Source: Eledone cirrhosa
Lineage: Eukaryota
NCBI GenBank assembly: GCA_964016885.1
Contig: OZ024743.1
Location: 354,206,001-354,270,000, forward strand
Length of the DNA: 64,000 bases
Direction of reading: 5' to 3'
Below, piece after piece: positions 13,836-27,065 of this stretch. The position numbers and the translations under genes are program-made. How positions within the stretch are numbered: position 1 is the stretch's first letter; the number at the start of each line of letters is the position of its first letter. Below the pieces are notes generated by a model. The model was not told the origin of the DNA. It saw nothing but the letters and a program-made list of their open reading frames with translations, and searched no databases.

Positions 13836-13946
13836 ACAAACATTGATTTCTACAAACATTTATTTCTACAAACATTTATTTCTGCAAACATTTATTTCTA
13901 CAAACATTTATTTCTGCAAACATTTATTTCTGCAAACATTTATTTC
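13836..13946. repeat. 16-bp minisatellite (RCAAACATTTATTTCT) x7
   Basis: Seven near-identical adjacent units, no spacers. Confidence 0.9.
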
Positions 13947-14319
13947 ACTAAACAGCTGTTGTCTCACTGTTTGTTTAAATATATACATGTTGAAGGTAGA
14001 CGGGTAATAGCCTCAACTTTTGGCATAATTATGACACCTCCTACAGCACACTAACGCGCGAACATAGTAGAGAACAGCATTGTATGTCTACACACATGCA
14101 CAGTCCACTCTGTCAATATACTGAATGTAGAGAGCTTTGAATTTTTCGGACTGTCAACAGACACATTCACTGAAATATGTTAGACTAAATTTTTGTCGCA
14201 AATATTATACGTTTTTGTCACATGACATTGATAAACGAACGTAGCGGAGAACTAACAGAATTCTATGCTTTATCACATGATCACCAACCAATCAAATTTT
14301 ATCCCACATAGATAGCAAT

Positions 14320-15743
14320 TTCAGGCATATATTTTCCATAAAACAACATTTTCAAAATCCAGTCATAGGTGAGACAGTTACGGTGTAACTCCATGTCTTT
14401 CCATCTCTCTTAACTTTTGAAAATCATGAAACTGAAAGCGTATACACACACACACACGAGTGCGCGCGCACACACACACAGAGGCAAACACAGACACAGA
14501 GACATACACACACAGGCACACGCATATATATAAACGCATCCCAGCAACCATACGACATATATATATATAGTAAAGATAATAAATCTGAAAACTAAAATCC
14601 AAAGAGGGCTCGATAAAGATAAATATATATCAAATATATAAGAACCATAGAGCAAATAATAAATAGATAAATAAGTAAATAAATATATATATAAAATTGC
14701 AAGTTTGAAGAATTATTGGATAAAATATATCCAGTCTTTCTTCACCCTAGTCCGTAGAAATCAACTAGATAAATAATCATTTAAACGGAGCTATAAGTTC
14801 AAAATGTAACTTCGAAGAAATAGACAAATGATACAGACTATTTTCGGCGAGGAACAGTCAGATAAAATTTATCCAGTCTTTCCTCTTAGCCCGTAGAAAT
14901 TAACTAGACAAATAATCAATTAAACGGAGCTAAGTCTAAAATATAAGTTAGAAGAAAAAATGCATATAAACTTTACCAAAATTCCTCTAGTCCCGACTAT
15001 CGATAATTTCGCTCGTACTTTGAGGATATGTCCAATCCTGGTATTATTCATGAGGCTTAGAGCTTATCAAGAGACCCCATCAGGTTTGGACTGAAATTTC
15101 TACAGTGATCGCCACCACAAATGAATTAGACTTAGCTCCGTTTAATTGATTATTTGTCTAGTTAATTTCTACGGGCTAATAGGAAAGACTGGATAAATTT
15201 TATCTGACTGTTCCTCGCCGAAAATAGTCTGTATCATTTGTCTATTTCTTCGAAGTTACATTTTGAACTTATAGCTCCGTTTAAATGATTATTTATCTAG
15301 TTGATTTCTAGGGACTAGGGTGAAGAAAGACTGGATATATTTTATCTAATAATTCTTCAAACTTGCAATTTTATATATATTTATCTACTTATTTATCTAT
15401 TTATTATTTGCTCTATGGTTCTTATATATTTGATATATATTTATCTTTATCGAGCCCTCTTTGGATTTTAGTTTTCAGATTTATTGTCTTTACTATATAT
15501 ATATATGTCGTATAGTTGCTGGGATGCGTTTATATATATGCGTGTGCCTGTGTGTGTATGTCTCTGTGACTGTGTTTGCCTCTGTGTGTGTGTGCGCGCG
15601 CACTCGTGTGTGTGTGTGTATACGCTTTCAGTTTCATGATTTTCAAAAGTTAAGAGAGATGGAAAGACATGGAGTTACACCGTAACTGTCTCACCTATGA
15701 CTGGATTTTGAAAATGTGGTTTTATGGAAAATATATGCCTGAA
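14320..15743. repeat. Long inverted repeat: ~620-bp arms around a ~180-bp spacer
   Basis: 14320-14938 is the reverse complement of 15127-15743; mirror ORFs 14378-14602(-) and 15461-15685(+) translate almost identically. Confidence 0.95.
14990..15075 (-). ncRNA. Type I hammerhead ribozyme motif, U3-A8 core variant
   Basis: Minus strand: stem I GTCTC/GGGAC; core TTGATAA; stem II GCTC...GAGC; GAAA; stem III ATTA-TCGA-TAGT (palindromic loop); cleavage triplet GTC. Confidence 0.75.
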
Positions 15744-15744
15744 A

Positions 15745-16712
15745 ATAGAATTACTATGAAGAACCTATGAATAAAAGGGATTGTTGTATTGATAGTGGAA
15801 TGTAGATGGTGGAGTGAAGTTTAAAAAGGGATATAAAAATTATATGTTGAGTTGTGTTGTATGGAGTTTTTAGGTGAATATAAATAAAGTAATATAAAAT
15901 ATACGGAAATAACTAGGATAAATATAGATAGGTAAAGTAATGGTCATAACTAGGAAGGATAGTATATTAAAAGATGAAAATTATAATAAGATAATAAAAT
16001 ACAATAATATAATAATATAATTGTTTCTACTTTTGGCACAAGGCCAGCAATTATCCAGTGTATTACTGGTACTTTATTTTATCGACTCCGTAAGGATGAA
16101 AGGCAAAGTTAACCTCGGCGGGATTTGAACTCAGAATGGCAAGGGCCGTAACTCTGCGCCAAAGCATGGCGTCCGACCCTCTACCGATACTGCCAAATAA
16201 TATAATATAATTGTTTTTACTTTAGGCACACGGCCAGCAAATTACCCAGTGCATTACTGGTACTTTATTTTATCGACCCCGTAAGGATGAAAGGCAAAGT
16301 CAACCTCGGCGGGATTTGAACTCAGATCGTAAAGGGACGCATAGCGTCCGACCCTCTACCGATACTGCCAATCCATAATGTAATATAATATAGTATAGTA
16401 TGGTATATTGTATATAGTATAGCGTATGATGCATCATAAAATATAAAATAGTAAATATTTTCAAGTGTCTATGTATAAGTAATCAATCCCAGATAAATGC
16501 ATGTTGACATATAGTTAAAACGCATAATTTTATTAGATCACAAAAGTACATATACTCACATATATATATAGAGGTATAATTACTTAATACTCCATTAAAA
16601 ACATACATACGCATACATAGATATATACATATACACATACATTCATACACGCACACATACATATATATATATATATACATATACACACATATATACATAC
16701 ACACACACATAT

Positions 16713-16762
<50 letters not shown>

Positions 16763-17550
16763 TCTCTTATACATATATAGATACATGTATACCCATGCAA
16801 TTACAGGTGGTTATGTACCTTGATGCCCTTAGTCAGTAACGCATGAATCAATGGAAGCTAAAAAATTAAAAGGTTAAAAAATTAACAGGAAGGCGTATAA
16901 TTAGGAGAAGGGGATACTAACAAAACGGTACGTCACATAGAGCTATAATGAGCTGCTATTTAGAATGTTTAATTAGGTTTATAGTACTTAAATGTTTTTC
17001 GTATACGGTGATTACAAACTATAATCAGTTCTTGTCTTATATTCAATAAATCGTCCTTAGATTTAGTAATTTCAAAGATCTCTCCGGAACATAATCTGCA
17101 TTCTCTCCTGTTCCCAAGATATGGAGTTCATTGTAGAATGGTATCCCACGGTAGCTTAAAATCTATTTTTTTCTTTTTATAGTTAATTACTGCTTCAGCT
17201 AAAGATGTGGTGTTAGCTAGTTTAGTATTGTTAAAACTACTGGAGAGTGCGTAATAGCTTTTCTTAAATGTGTTCGATGTAGATCCTATAGGATTTGTTG
17301 GAGTCAGTAGTAGACACAGGGCATTTATATATTACATTATTAATCAAACAGTTGCCATTTAAGGGGCAAACGCTTCTATTTCTGAAATTACAACCATACG
17401 TAAGATGGTTGTTGGAGGTACCTACATAATTCTCAAAATAGATTTCAAGCTATCGTGGGATACCATTCTACAAAGAACTCCATATTTAGAATGTTCAATT
17501 AGGTTTATAGTACTTAAATGTTTTTCGTATACGGTGATTACAAGCTATAC
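15745..17550 (-). mobile_element. Naiad-type PLE fragment (GIY-YIG end plus AT-rich 3' UTR), interrupted by two SINEs
   Basis: Minus strand near 17325-17395 reads GCNFRNRSVCPLNGNCLINNVIY (CxCx5CPLxGxC linker). Inverted (17433-17485) and direct (17486-17545) duplications of internal sequence lie at the 5' junction. Confidence 0.7.
16020..16375 (-). mobile_element. Two tandem SINE copies (16020-16196, 16210-16375)
   Basis: Both match the SINE consensus in reverse orientation. Confidence 0.85.
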
Positions 17551-17699
17551 ACACGCACACATGGTAATAGTTACAGCGTTCACTTTGCCTCTCTGTTTCT
17601 TACTCTCCCCTCTCACTCTCTCATTGGCATTATGCATATTAATTTAAGTTTGGCGTCGATGAGGTGGGCGTAGTCGTTTGAAACCTATGAACCAATGAT

Positions 17700-19390
17700 A
17701 ATCGAGAATTATGACACACGGAATAATGACATTGTTGAAATTAATATATAGATGTATTGTAATCTAAGACATTATTGTATATCGTTATTAAAAAATGTAT
17801 TTAGTACATAACAAATTATGCGTGAAATATAGATCTTATTAAAGTATATATAATTAAGAAAGCGCGTAAGATATGTCGAGTGAGGATATATATTCATCTT
17901 CTATATATACCTTAAGAATTTGAAAATAATAATATTTTTTTAAAGAGAAGATGTATCATATTATGTATAATCTATTATTGTATAAGGTTAGATATATAAA
18001 TTTAAACATTTATGTAAAATTTGAATGTCTCGTATATGTGAAACGTAAAGAAACTTTTATTAATGGAAAGATAACTCTAGTGTTTAGTAATAATTTAAGG
18101 AATGCAAATTATTTAAAAATATTTTGTTTGATCTAATGCCTAACCTAATAATTAATTATAATTTATATTATAATATAAGTAAATATTTCTATATGATTTC
18201 AGAGCACCATTGAGTAAATATGGTCTAGATAATAATAAAAAGATAAATATTTCGATGTATAGATTTTGATAATAAGATTTACCAAAATTATATATATTGT
18301 ACATGGGCAAATTATACAGACCATTCTATAAATTGTAAATATTGTGAAATGATCTGGAGAATCGATGCAAAATAGAATTAAATATTTCCTTTTTTTTGTT
18401 TATAATATTACCAGGATTGGTAATTATATGAAAGCTTTCTTCAATACAGAGGTGATAAATTCTTGAGAGAGCGATATTTTGGTAAACAGGGGCTATGATA
18501 TCCTTCGCCAAGAGATCGAATAGTCAGTGTTACTGTCTTTTAAAGACCAAATTAATTGTGATAGTGAGGTTGAGAATTTTTTGTCCGATCGTTTGAAAGT
18601 ATGTTTATGATTATACCAACGGCCCTTAAATGTTGTAGAAGTAACTCCTATATAATTATATAATCTATCTCTAGTTTTTATGGTGCATTTCTATACAAAA
18701 TTTCTATCAAGGCAATTATTCTGTAAAGGGCATGATATTTTATTTATGCAATTACAATTTCTAATATTGTTGTTTAGAGAAACGGTGTTATTATTTATGC
18801 ATTCGCTATTATTGTGAATTGGCAGTATCGGTAGAGGGTCTAGCTCTATGCTTTCTAGCATAGTTACGTCCCTTTACAGTCTGAGTTCAAATCCCGCCGA
18901 GGTTAACTTTGCCTTTCATCCTTACGGGGTCGATAAAATAAAGTACCAGTAATGCACTGGGTAATTGCTGGCCTTGTGCCTAAAGTAGAAACAATTATTA
19001 TACGTTATGTTATTAGTTATATTGTTATTGCTATTTGAGTTTATTTGGGTTGAGTTTAATTTTAAATTCCAATTACTAATTCTATTAATATTTTGTGCTG
19101 TATTCATAGTAGTAGAGTAAGAGAGCTTGACTGTATGTCTGTTAAGAATGGAGTGATACTTATGGGAATTAAAAAAACATATATCTAAAGCCTTAAAGAA
19201 TTGGTGTGCTAAAGGTGTCTTAATTCCTAGTAAAATTGGAGGAGAATACCAAATAATATTACTAGTTTTAGCTTTATTTGATTTATTAATTTGGTTAATT
19301 TGTTTATTATTAATATTATAGTAAACGTTAGGAGGTTGGTGTATACTATTCTTATCTACGTAGTTAATTTTATTATTGTACTAAATGGAC
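17700..19390 (-). mobile_element. Naiad-type PLE fragment, decayed
   Basis: Minus-strand peptides 'NIIWYSPP...ILNRHTVKLSYST' (~19110-19260), 'TFKGRWYNHKHTF...LSQLIWSLKD' (~18535-18635) and ORF 18326-18511 'LCIEES..IINKKKE'. The 3' UTR boundary is approximate. Confidence 0.7.
18815..19000 (+). mobile_element. tRNA-derived SINE inserted into the PLE fragment
   Basis: Matches the SINE consensus. Confidence 0.85.
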
Positions 19391-19400
19391 ATATATATAT

Positions 19401-20032
19401 ATATGAGAGACGTAAAATAAGAAAATTATAAAATTAACTTACTTACTAAAATATCACTTCCAACTAATTAGTTTCTGGAATGGAGTAAATATATTTTCCG
19501 AAGAAGATATGGAGAAACATTCCGTCGTCAGGGAAGTCTATTCTCATCTAAGTTTCCAGGCAAAGCGAGGACTCTGGAAACTTATTAAAAAATAATTCAG
19601 TGGATAGGAAATAGCAAAGCGTGGACTGAATTCCTAGCCATTGAGAAAATCACTGCCTCTGCGTCTGTGGCAAATTCAAAAAGAATCAATCACGTGACAT
19701 CGAGGTCAATCAGTGGAAAGTGGTTTGCTAATAAGACAGCGGCCTGCCTACTACCATAGCAGCAGTCATGGCCAATATTGCTCGACAAATAATTTGGAGA
19801 TAATTATAAAGAATTAATATTTAGTAACATATATATACATACAGATGCATATCAATGCTAGCAAATATATAGGTTTTGTCTTAGTAACATTGTGGGTCAA
19901 TGCATGGGGTTGCAGAACAATAATATGAGAGACGTAAAATAAGAAAATTATAAAATTAACTTACTTACTAAAATATCACTTCCAACTAATTAGTTTCTGG
20001 AATGGAGTAAATATATTTTCCGAAGAAGATAT
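19401..20032 (-). mobile_element. Non-coding HHR cassette (retrozyme-like or non-autonomous PLE): 522-bp unit plus 110-bp partial repeat
   Basis: 19401-19510 is repeated at 19923-20032. One HHR, no recognisable ORF, 3' end abuts (TA)n. Confidence 0.7.
19456..19537 (-). ncRNA. Type I hammerhead ribozyme motif with C.A at the base of stem II
   Basis: Minus strand: ACTTCC-CTGACGA-C-GGAATG...CATTCC-A-GAAA-CTAATTAG-TT-GGAAGT. Stem III ACTAATTAGT is palindromic; triplet GTT. Confidence 0.8.
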
Positions 20033-20036
20033 ATTA

Positions 20037-20874
20037 TAAGTATATCCTAATGTTTGTTGAGTGAGATGGAGTTGGTCGGAGTATCGCTTAAGGCTTTCTC
20101 TGTTTATGTATTGAATATATACTCTTGGGGGCCTGATATGATTTCCAGATATAAGGTATGACTTTTTATTATTATTATTATTTATATGAAATGCTGATTG
20201 ATCTTCCTTGTATCCCATGTCTGATTTAGCCTTAGAGAATAGCTATGTGTGTATATGGGTGATCCATACATGTATTTATTATGTTTTAATATATGTGTGT
20301 GCATTGGTTGTGTATACATATGGTTATTCTTTTAATTTCCAATTGAGTGCTTATACACGTGGTTAATACCTAACAGGTTTAAATGACCAGCGTATATATT
20401 GTTTTATTTTAAGATGACCTCCCTTTACCCTTTTGGGGACAGCGTGTATTTTATCTTTGGGAGGACTGCTGGATTTTCTAATCTACCAGTCTCTTCTTAG
20501 CGCTGAGGGAGACCATCACCATTCTATTAATGTCGATATAATTCTTATATCGATATTATTTGGGCATCCACTGATGAGTTTATAAGAGCCCGCTTGTGTA
20601 TAAAACTATGGATTATATACAAGTTTCTACATAACCTGGAAATTATTTATCCCAAATTGTAGAAATCTTATAACGAAATGGTCGTCTGGAAGGAAAGAGA
20701 TATTTATTTAATAATGTCTCATATAAAATAATACAACCAGCTATGCACGAAATACTGATTAGTTAGCGCCCCAAACACTAAATTGGGATAATATTTAAGT
20801 ATATCCTAATGTTTGTTGAGTGAGATGGATTTGGTCGGAGTATCGCTTAAGGCTTTCTCTGTTTATGTATTGAA
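20037..20874 (+). mobile_element. Non-coding HHR cassette: 759-bp unit plus ~79-bp partial repeat, ending at (TA)n
   Basis: 20037-20115 is repeated at 20796-20874. A related 3'-end fragment lies at 24385-24548. Confidence 0.7.
20567..20690 (+). ncRNA. Type I hammerhead ribozyme motif with a branched stem II
   Basis: TCCA-CTGATGA-GTTTATAAGA...TCTTATAAC-GAAA-TGGTCG-TC-TGGA. Two internal hairpins: CTTGTGTATAA/TTATATACAAG and TTTCTACA/TGTAGAAA. Confidence 0.8.
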
Positions 20875-20904
<30 letters not shown>

Positions 20905-20911
<7 letters not shown>

Positions 20912-21048
20912 AACACATAAAGCAATTATAGGGGATAATTTGTAAAGAGTGTAAACACATATTTGTGGTTTTCGTTAATTTTTAATGTTACCTACGTAAC
21001 TGTGTTTACACTTTTTACTAATTATCCCCTGTAGTCGTTTGGTGTGTT

Positions 21049-21095
<47 letters not shown>

Positions 21096-21783
21096 GTGTG
21101 TGTGTGTGTGTGTCAATCGATTTTTAATTTAATGCTAATAAATGCACGCATTTATACCTTAGAATCTTTGAGCTTATTCTACAGGTGGTATGGCGCATGT
21201 TTCTCAGACATGACATCTTTAATTTAATTTTGGTTATAATATAAACTGCTCCTAAATAGTAGACCCTTTTTCTGTTGAAAGGACTCGACTGCTATTTCTA
21301 GCTGTCGATATGCCTATTCACGTCTCTGGTTTGACGACAGGGCGATGTGTGTTTTTTTTTAAAAACATACATGCTTTTCGTCATTTCCAGATTTACTTTT
21401 AGTGTGTAATCACAGATAGTTAAATCTCCTCCTTTGCCGATGATCAGGGATTTAATATCTGTGATTTGCCGATTAATGGTGAAATATATTTCTTTAATAA
21501 AATATATACAAAGGAGATTAATCATTATTGCAAGGTATTTATATTTGAGATTCTCGTTAAGGTTTAATATGTTACCTACGTAACTCTGTGTGTTTACACT
21601 CTTTACAAATTATCCCCTGTAATTGTGTGATACGTTTATTTTATATATATATATATATATGTCAATCGATTTTTAATTTGATGTTAATAAATGCTCGGAT
21701 TTATCCCTTAGAATCTTTGAGCTTATTCTACAGAGGATATGGCGCATATTTCTCAGACATAACATCCTTAATTTAATTTTGGT

Positions 21784-21790
<7 letters not shown>
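20905..21790 (+). mobile_element. Non-coding HHR cassette: short 5' inverted segment, ~584-bp unit and ~250-bp partial repeat, between (TA)n tracts
   Basis: 20959-21237 is repeated at 21541-21787. 20905-20960 is an inverted copy of ~21000-21060. Confidence 0.65.
21431..21514 (+). ncRNA. Degenerate type I hammerhead motif (U4C change)
   Basis: CCTTTG-CCGATGA-...-GAAA-TATATTT...AAATATA-TA-CAAAGG. Stems I and III pair well, stem II is poor; probably inactive. Confidence 0.5.
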
Positions 21791-21845
<55 letters not shown>

Positions 21846-21847
<2 letters not shown>

Positions 21848-24270
21848 TCTTTTACCTGTTTCAGCCATACGGCTGGGGCCATGCTGGGGCACCGCGCCCT
21901 ATTTGCTAGACGTTCTATCTCCAGCCTGTGTTGGATGGCCATTGGTGTAAGAGGTAGTTCGTTGCTGTTGCCCTTAGGTAACCTTTGTATCGTTCTGTGG
22001 GCTCATTCGCAATCCTGGATAGCAAAGTATCAAGATGTTTCTTGAAAATATCCACGTCCACACCATGCAGCTTGTTGAAGAATTGGGGGGCTTTGAACCC
22101 TAGTCTATTGCAATATCTGCTCTTTTACTAGATGTGATGCCCTTTGGCATCACACAGTGACTTCCTGTTGGTCTATCTCTCAATGCCAAAGTTTGGTGCT
22201 AGGTTCTCCAGGATTTTCCATATGTTTATCACGGCGTATCTCTCCCGTCTTCGTTCCAAGGAGTAGAGTTTCAGTTCTTTTAGTCTCTCCCAGTAGCTCA
22301 TCTCCTTAATGGTGGCAATCCTCTTGATGTAGCTTCGCTGGATTGCCTCAAGCTGCGTGGTTAGTTTGATACTATGGGGTGACACCATTGGAAGTAGTAG
22401 TCCAGTCGGCTTAGGAGAAGTGTCCTCCATAGTATTAACATGGTCTCTCGGTCACTTGTCCGGAAAGTCCTCAAAATCCAACCAGCGAGTCGTCTGCACA
22501 TTGTCACCACCCTCATGATGTGTGAAGAAAATGATACTTCATCGTTCATGTCTATCCCCTGGTCTCGTATCGATTTCGACACGGGGATTTGGATCGTTCC
22601 TGGTCCGGTGTAGCTGTGTTTTATTGTCTTTGTGTTAGCAGGCTGGCATTGTAGGGCTTGACATTTTCCAGCATTAAACTTCATGATGTTACCCTCAGCC
22701 TTTGGGCAGCATCATCCGGATCTTTGATTGCCTGTGCTACATTTGTGTCATCAGCATAGCTAGTGAGGGCTGTTGTATGTACTACAGAGGGCATGCCTGA
22801 GAGAGCCACCAAAAACAGTAGTGGTCCCAAGACTGTGCCTTGGAGCACCCCACTTGTTATTGATGTTTCCTTTGAGAGTGACCCATTGGCTGAAACTGTC
22901 TGGCTTCTGTCTTTTAAGAAATCATGCAGCCACCCACCGACTTTTCCAGTTATGCCGAGACTGTGTAGTTTGTGACATATCATTCCGTGGTCGACCTGTC
23001 AAAGGCCTTCGCAAAGTTAAGATATATCACGTCCACGTGTGAGCTGTCGAACAGTTGTTTCAGAACCCAGTCATAGTGTTGTAACAGCTGTGTAAGGCAG
23101 CTTATTCTCGGGCGAAAGCAATGCTGAGTTCTAAATAGGTGGTAATTTTCCTCGAGGAATGTGATCAATTTCTTTCTGATTATTCGTTCCATGACCTTAC
23201 TGATATGTGACGTCAGGGAGACTGGCCTGTAGATTTTGGCCTCCGCTCCGCTTCCTCCTTTATGGATAGGGCATATTGTGCCTTCTTTTAGATCTCTGGG
23301 TAGTTTACCGCTAGCCAAAGAACTTCTGAAAAGGATCTTCAGTATTATTGCCAAGGCACAATTACATGTTTTTAAGGAGGGTTGCTAGGAATCCATCAGG
23401 TCCAGCAGCTGAGCTTGTTCTAATTTCTTCTATGGCGGATATCACATCTTCCTCCATTATGTCTATGTGGTTGGTGGTCGCTATTTCTTCCTGGAGTGTT
23501 GTGACATCAAAGAAATTCTCTGGCTTTGTTATTTGCATGTGCCTCAATAGGGGTGTGAACACACTTTTGTACTGTTCATTCAGTATTTCACTTATCCCTT
23601 GGGGATCCTCGGTTAATAAAACATTTTTGTGGAAGAATGGTCTAATCTTGCAGTGTACCGAGGCAGTTTTTTTTGGTAAATTTAAAGAAGGCTTTAGGGT
23701 TTGTTTTAGTAGAGCCTTCCTTTTTGTTCTTTTGCTGTGCATTTAACTGGCTTGAGAGCTTGGTTCTTCGTCTCATAAGGAATTTCCTGTCTCTGGGAAT
23801 AAGAAATTTGGGTCCTTTAGCCTTTTTCTCTGTGACAAACTTATGGCATATTGTTTGTATTGTTGTCATGAAGTGTTGAAAATGTGTGTTGGTGTCTTGT
23901 GTGATGATGTTGTCGCTCCAGATTTGCTTCCGGAACTCTTTCTTGATCTTTTTCCAGTTAGCTTTGTTAAAGTTTAGGATGGATATATTCCCGGTGCTTC
24001 TTAATGGTTGCGTCTCTGTTGATTCTCTCAGACCATATATCATTAGTTCTACTAAGTTATAATCCGAGAAAATCGTTGGTGTCACCTTTACATTGTGAAT
24101 GAGCAATGCGTTATTTGTAAAGCAGAGATCCAGGAGGATCTCTGTTTGGAGGAGTACTGCTTGTTCTATGAACAGACTGTATGTGTGGGCCAGCAGGGAC
24201 TCCGTCTGTCTCTGTTCGAGTGATTTCATTCCAGTGAGGAGGTGACCCTCACAGACATTTGACCTGATGT
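21846..24270 (-). mobile_element. CR1/L2-group LINE, 5'-truncated and decayed
   Basis: ORF pieces: DLCFTN...SDYNLV (end of APE), AAGPDG, PIHKGG..YRPVSLTS, YLNFAKAFD, GVLQGTVLGPLLF..YADD, LYSLERRRER. The 3' end abuts (TA)n. Confidence 0.85.
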
Positions 24271-24301
24271 ATATATATATATATATATGTGTATATGTAT
24301 G

Positions 24302-24358
<57 letters not shown>

Positions 24359-24560
24359 ATATATATATATATTTTAACTTTAATTATATCTCATATAAAA
24401 TAATACAACTGGCTTTCCACAAAATACATATAGTTAGCACCCCAAACACTTAAATTGGGTTTATACTAACGTATAACCTAATGTTTGTTGAGTGAGATGG
24501 TTACCAGTCGGAGTTTAGCTTAAAGCTATCTCTGTTATTGTATTAAATATATATATATAT

Positions 24561-24745
24561 AGTGGTAGAACACTGGAAGGTAATATCCGTAGTGGTAGAG
24601 CACTTAGTCCATGGGACGAGTTAGGTTTAAATGGTTACACAACAGTTAGTTCACCATACCGAGAACAATTGTTTCACCTTAGCGGATCCGCTAAGGTGAA
24701 ACAATTGCTCTCGGTATGGTGAACTAACTGTTGTGAAACCAGACA
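24561..24745. mobile_element. Fold-back (hairpin) insertion carrying an HHR 3' half, between (TA)n tracts
   Basis: Arms ~24632-24741 centred on GGATCC (24684-24689). The left arm read outward gives GAAA-CAATTG-TT (stem III plus triplet); the right arm has one substitution. No CTGANGA. Confidence 0.65.
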
Positions 24746-24746
24746 T

Positions 24747-24778
<32 letters not shown>

Positions 24779-24780
24779 GA

Positions 24781-25331
24781 ATGGAATAGAATGAAACGAA
24801 ATTTCATTTCTCACTCTTAGTACGGCAGTTACTTAAATGTAAGTATGTATGTATTTATACGTCCATACATATATGTATACAGATATACAGTAGTATGTAT
24901 ATATACATACATGCACACACATATATATGCACGTATCGGTTTACCGAACATTTATTATAATGCTCGGTTTGTTTGTAAACAAACAAACAGCCCGAATTAC
25001 GCCGTATAGTGTTCAGGCAACCACGTCACCTTTTTGTTCAACACTGACACAGGAACGATGTACTAGTTTCAAGCTTATTAGCTATCGTCAACATCGTATA
25101 CCTTCCTGCCAGATGGTTGAACGTCTGAAAGTATATACTTTCGTTATGCATATTAACGGCTGAGCAGCCTAATTTGCATATTGAATGAGTATAGTCGGCT
25201 GGGCGCACCGAAAACAATAAACGGAATAGAATGAAACGAAATTTCATTTCACTTTTAGTACTGCAGTTACTTAAATGTAAGTATGTATGTATTTATACGT
25301 CCATACATATATGTATACAGATATACAGTAG

Positions 25332-25366
<35 letters not shown>

Positions 25367-26035
25367 GCACACACATATATATGCACGTATCGGTTTACCG
25401 AACATTTATTATAATGCTCGGTTTGTTTGTAAACAAACAAACAGCCCGAATTACGCCGTATAGTGTTCAGGCAACCACGTCCCCTTTTTGTTCAACACTG
25501 ACACAGGAACGATGTACTAGTTTCAAGCTTATTAGCTATCGTCAGCATCGTATACCTTCCTGCCAGATGGTTGAACGTCTGAAAGTATATACTTTCGTTA
25601 TGCATATTAACGGCTGAGCAGCCTAATTTGCATATCGAGTGAGTTTAGTCGGCCGGGCGCACCAAAAACGATAAATGGAATAGAATGAAACGAAATTTCA
25701 TTTCTCACTCTTAGTACGGCAGTTAGTTATCGTTTTCGGTGCGCCCGGCCGACTAAACTTACTCGATATGCAAATTAGGCTGCTCAGCCGTTAATATGCA
25801 TAAGGAAAGTATATACTTTCAGACGTTCAACCATCTGGCAGGAAGGTATAGATGCTGACGATAGCTAATAAGCTTGAAACTAGTACATCGTTCCTGTGTC
25901 AGTGTTGAACAAAAAGGTGACGTGGTTTCCTAAACACTGTACGGCGTAATTCAGGCTGTTTGTTTATATGTGTGTGCATGTATGTATATATATATACATA
26001 CTACTGTACGTCTGTATACATATATGTATGTACGT
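24781..26035. repeat. ~450-bp repeat family: two tandem copies, a partial third and an inverted copy
   Basis: 24781-25220 and 25221-25676 encode identical spurious ORFs; 25728-26035 is an inverted copy. A diverged relative lies at 58060-58562. Confidence 0.85.
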
Positions 26036-27065
26036 ATCTAAGGATAGTGTATGAAGATAATAATATAACCTACAATCTCACTTGGAGCTTACTGCCCAGA
26101 GCTAACTCTTACACGGGAGGACTCGGTTCCTGTAACTTATGCTCGGAGGAAACATTACAAATGTTGTTTTCGAAGGACCAACTCCTAAACAAGAAAGACG
26201 AACTGGTAACCGCATGCAAACACAGATTGCGTAGGATTTACCTCGCCCTCAAACCCCATAACGACCCGGATGGGTAGACAAGGGCTGATACCCCTCTCCC
26301 CCCACTTGCCGAATAAGTTAGGGGAAGCTCCAGCTCACATAGGTAGATGTATGTCTTTTCTTTTCCTCATTGTCGTCTTCTTCCCCCTGTCTCATCCTAT
26401 CACTTCATTCCACCCCAATTTCTTTCCTCATCTGCTTTTCCCATTTCGCCTACCCCGATGCAGCCCATCGGGCATCTGTAGCATCAGTATCCCCATCCCT
26501 GTAATTTTAAGCAAGAATTGACCGAATAAGTTTTACTAACTACTTATAGCAGAGGTGTTAAACCCCTTTAATTTTGTATCAGTGTTGGTACTACTCAATT
26601 TCTACAAGTTTTTTCTATTCTCAACTTATTAACCTCTAATTGTAAGATAGCATTGTGATTTTTTTTATTCATTTCTCACTATCTAATTTTATATATTATT
26701 TTATTTCTTTCTATTATCTTTTATTGTCTCCTACGCTCATTCGATTTACCTATTCTATAACCTCCCTCCTCCACTTCATACACTATTCTTAGAATCTGCT
26801 GTATACATATCACTTTCAACGCTTGACCGCTCCACTCACTCCCCTATTGTTCTACAGGCAAGTTCAGCTACCCCTACCTTCCACCAAATGCCATGATAGA
26901 CTTATTTGTGTTTACACCAAATTTTAACCAATCGTCTTGACAGCTACAATCTTCCCATATAAGGAAGTACGGCTATTTATTCACCAGGCTAAACAAAATA
27001 AACATTCTAATTTAGTCCAGAAATAGCCGTCAAACTGGCTTGAGCTCTGCCGTCGGGGTCATACA

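Noticed and set aside
13836-13946. Repeat array resembling a CRISPR
   Set aside because: Units are adjacent with no spacers, and the context is eukaryotic.
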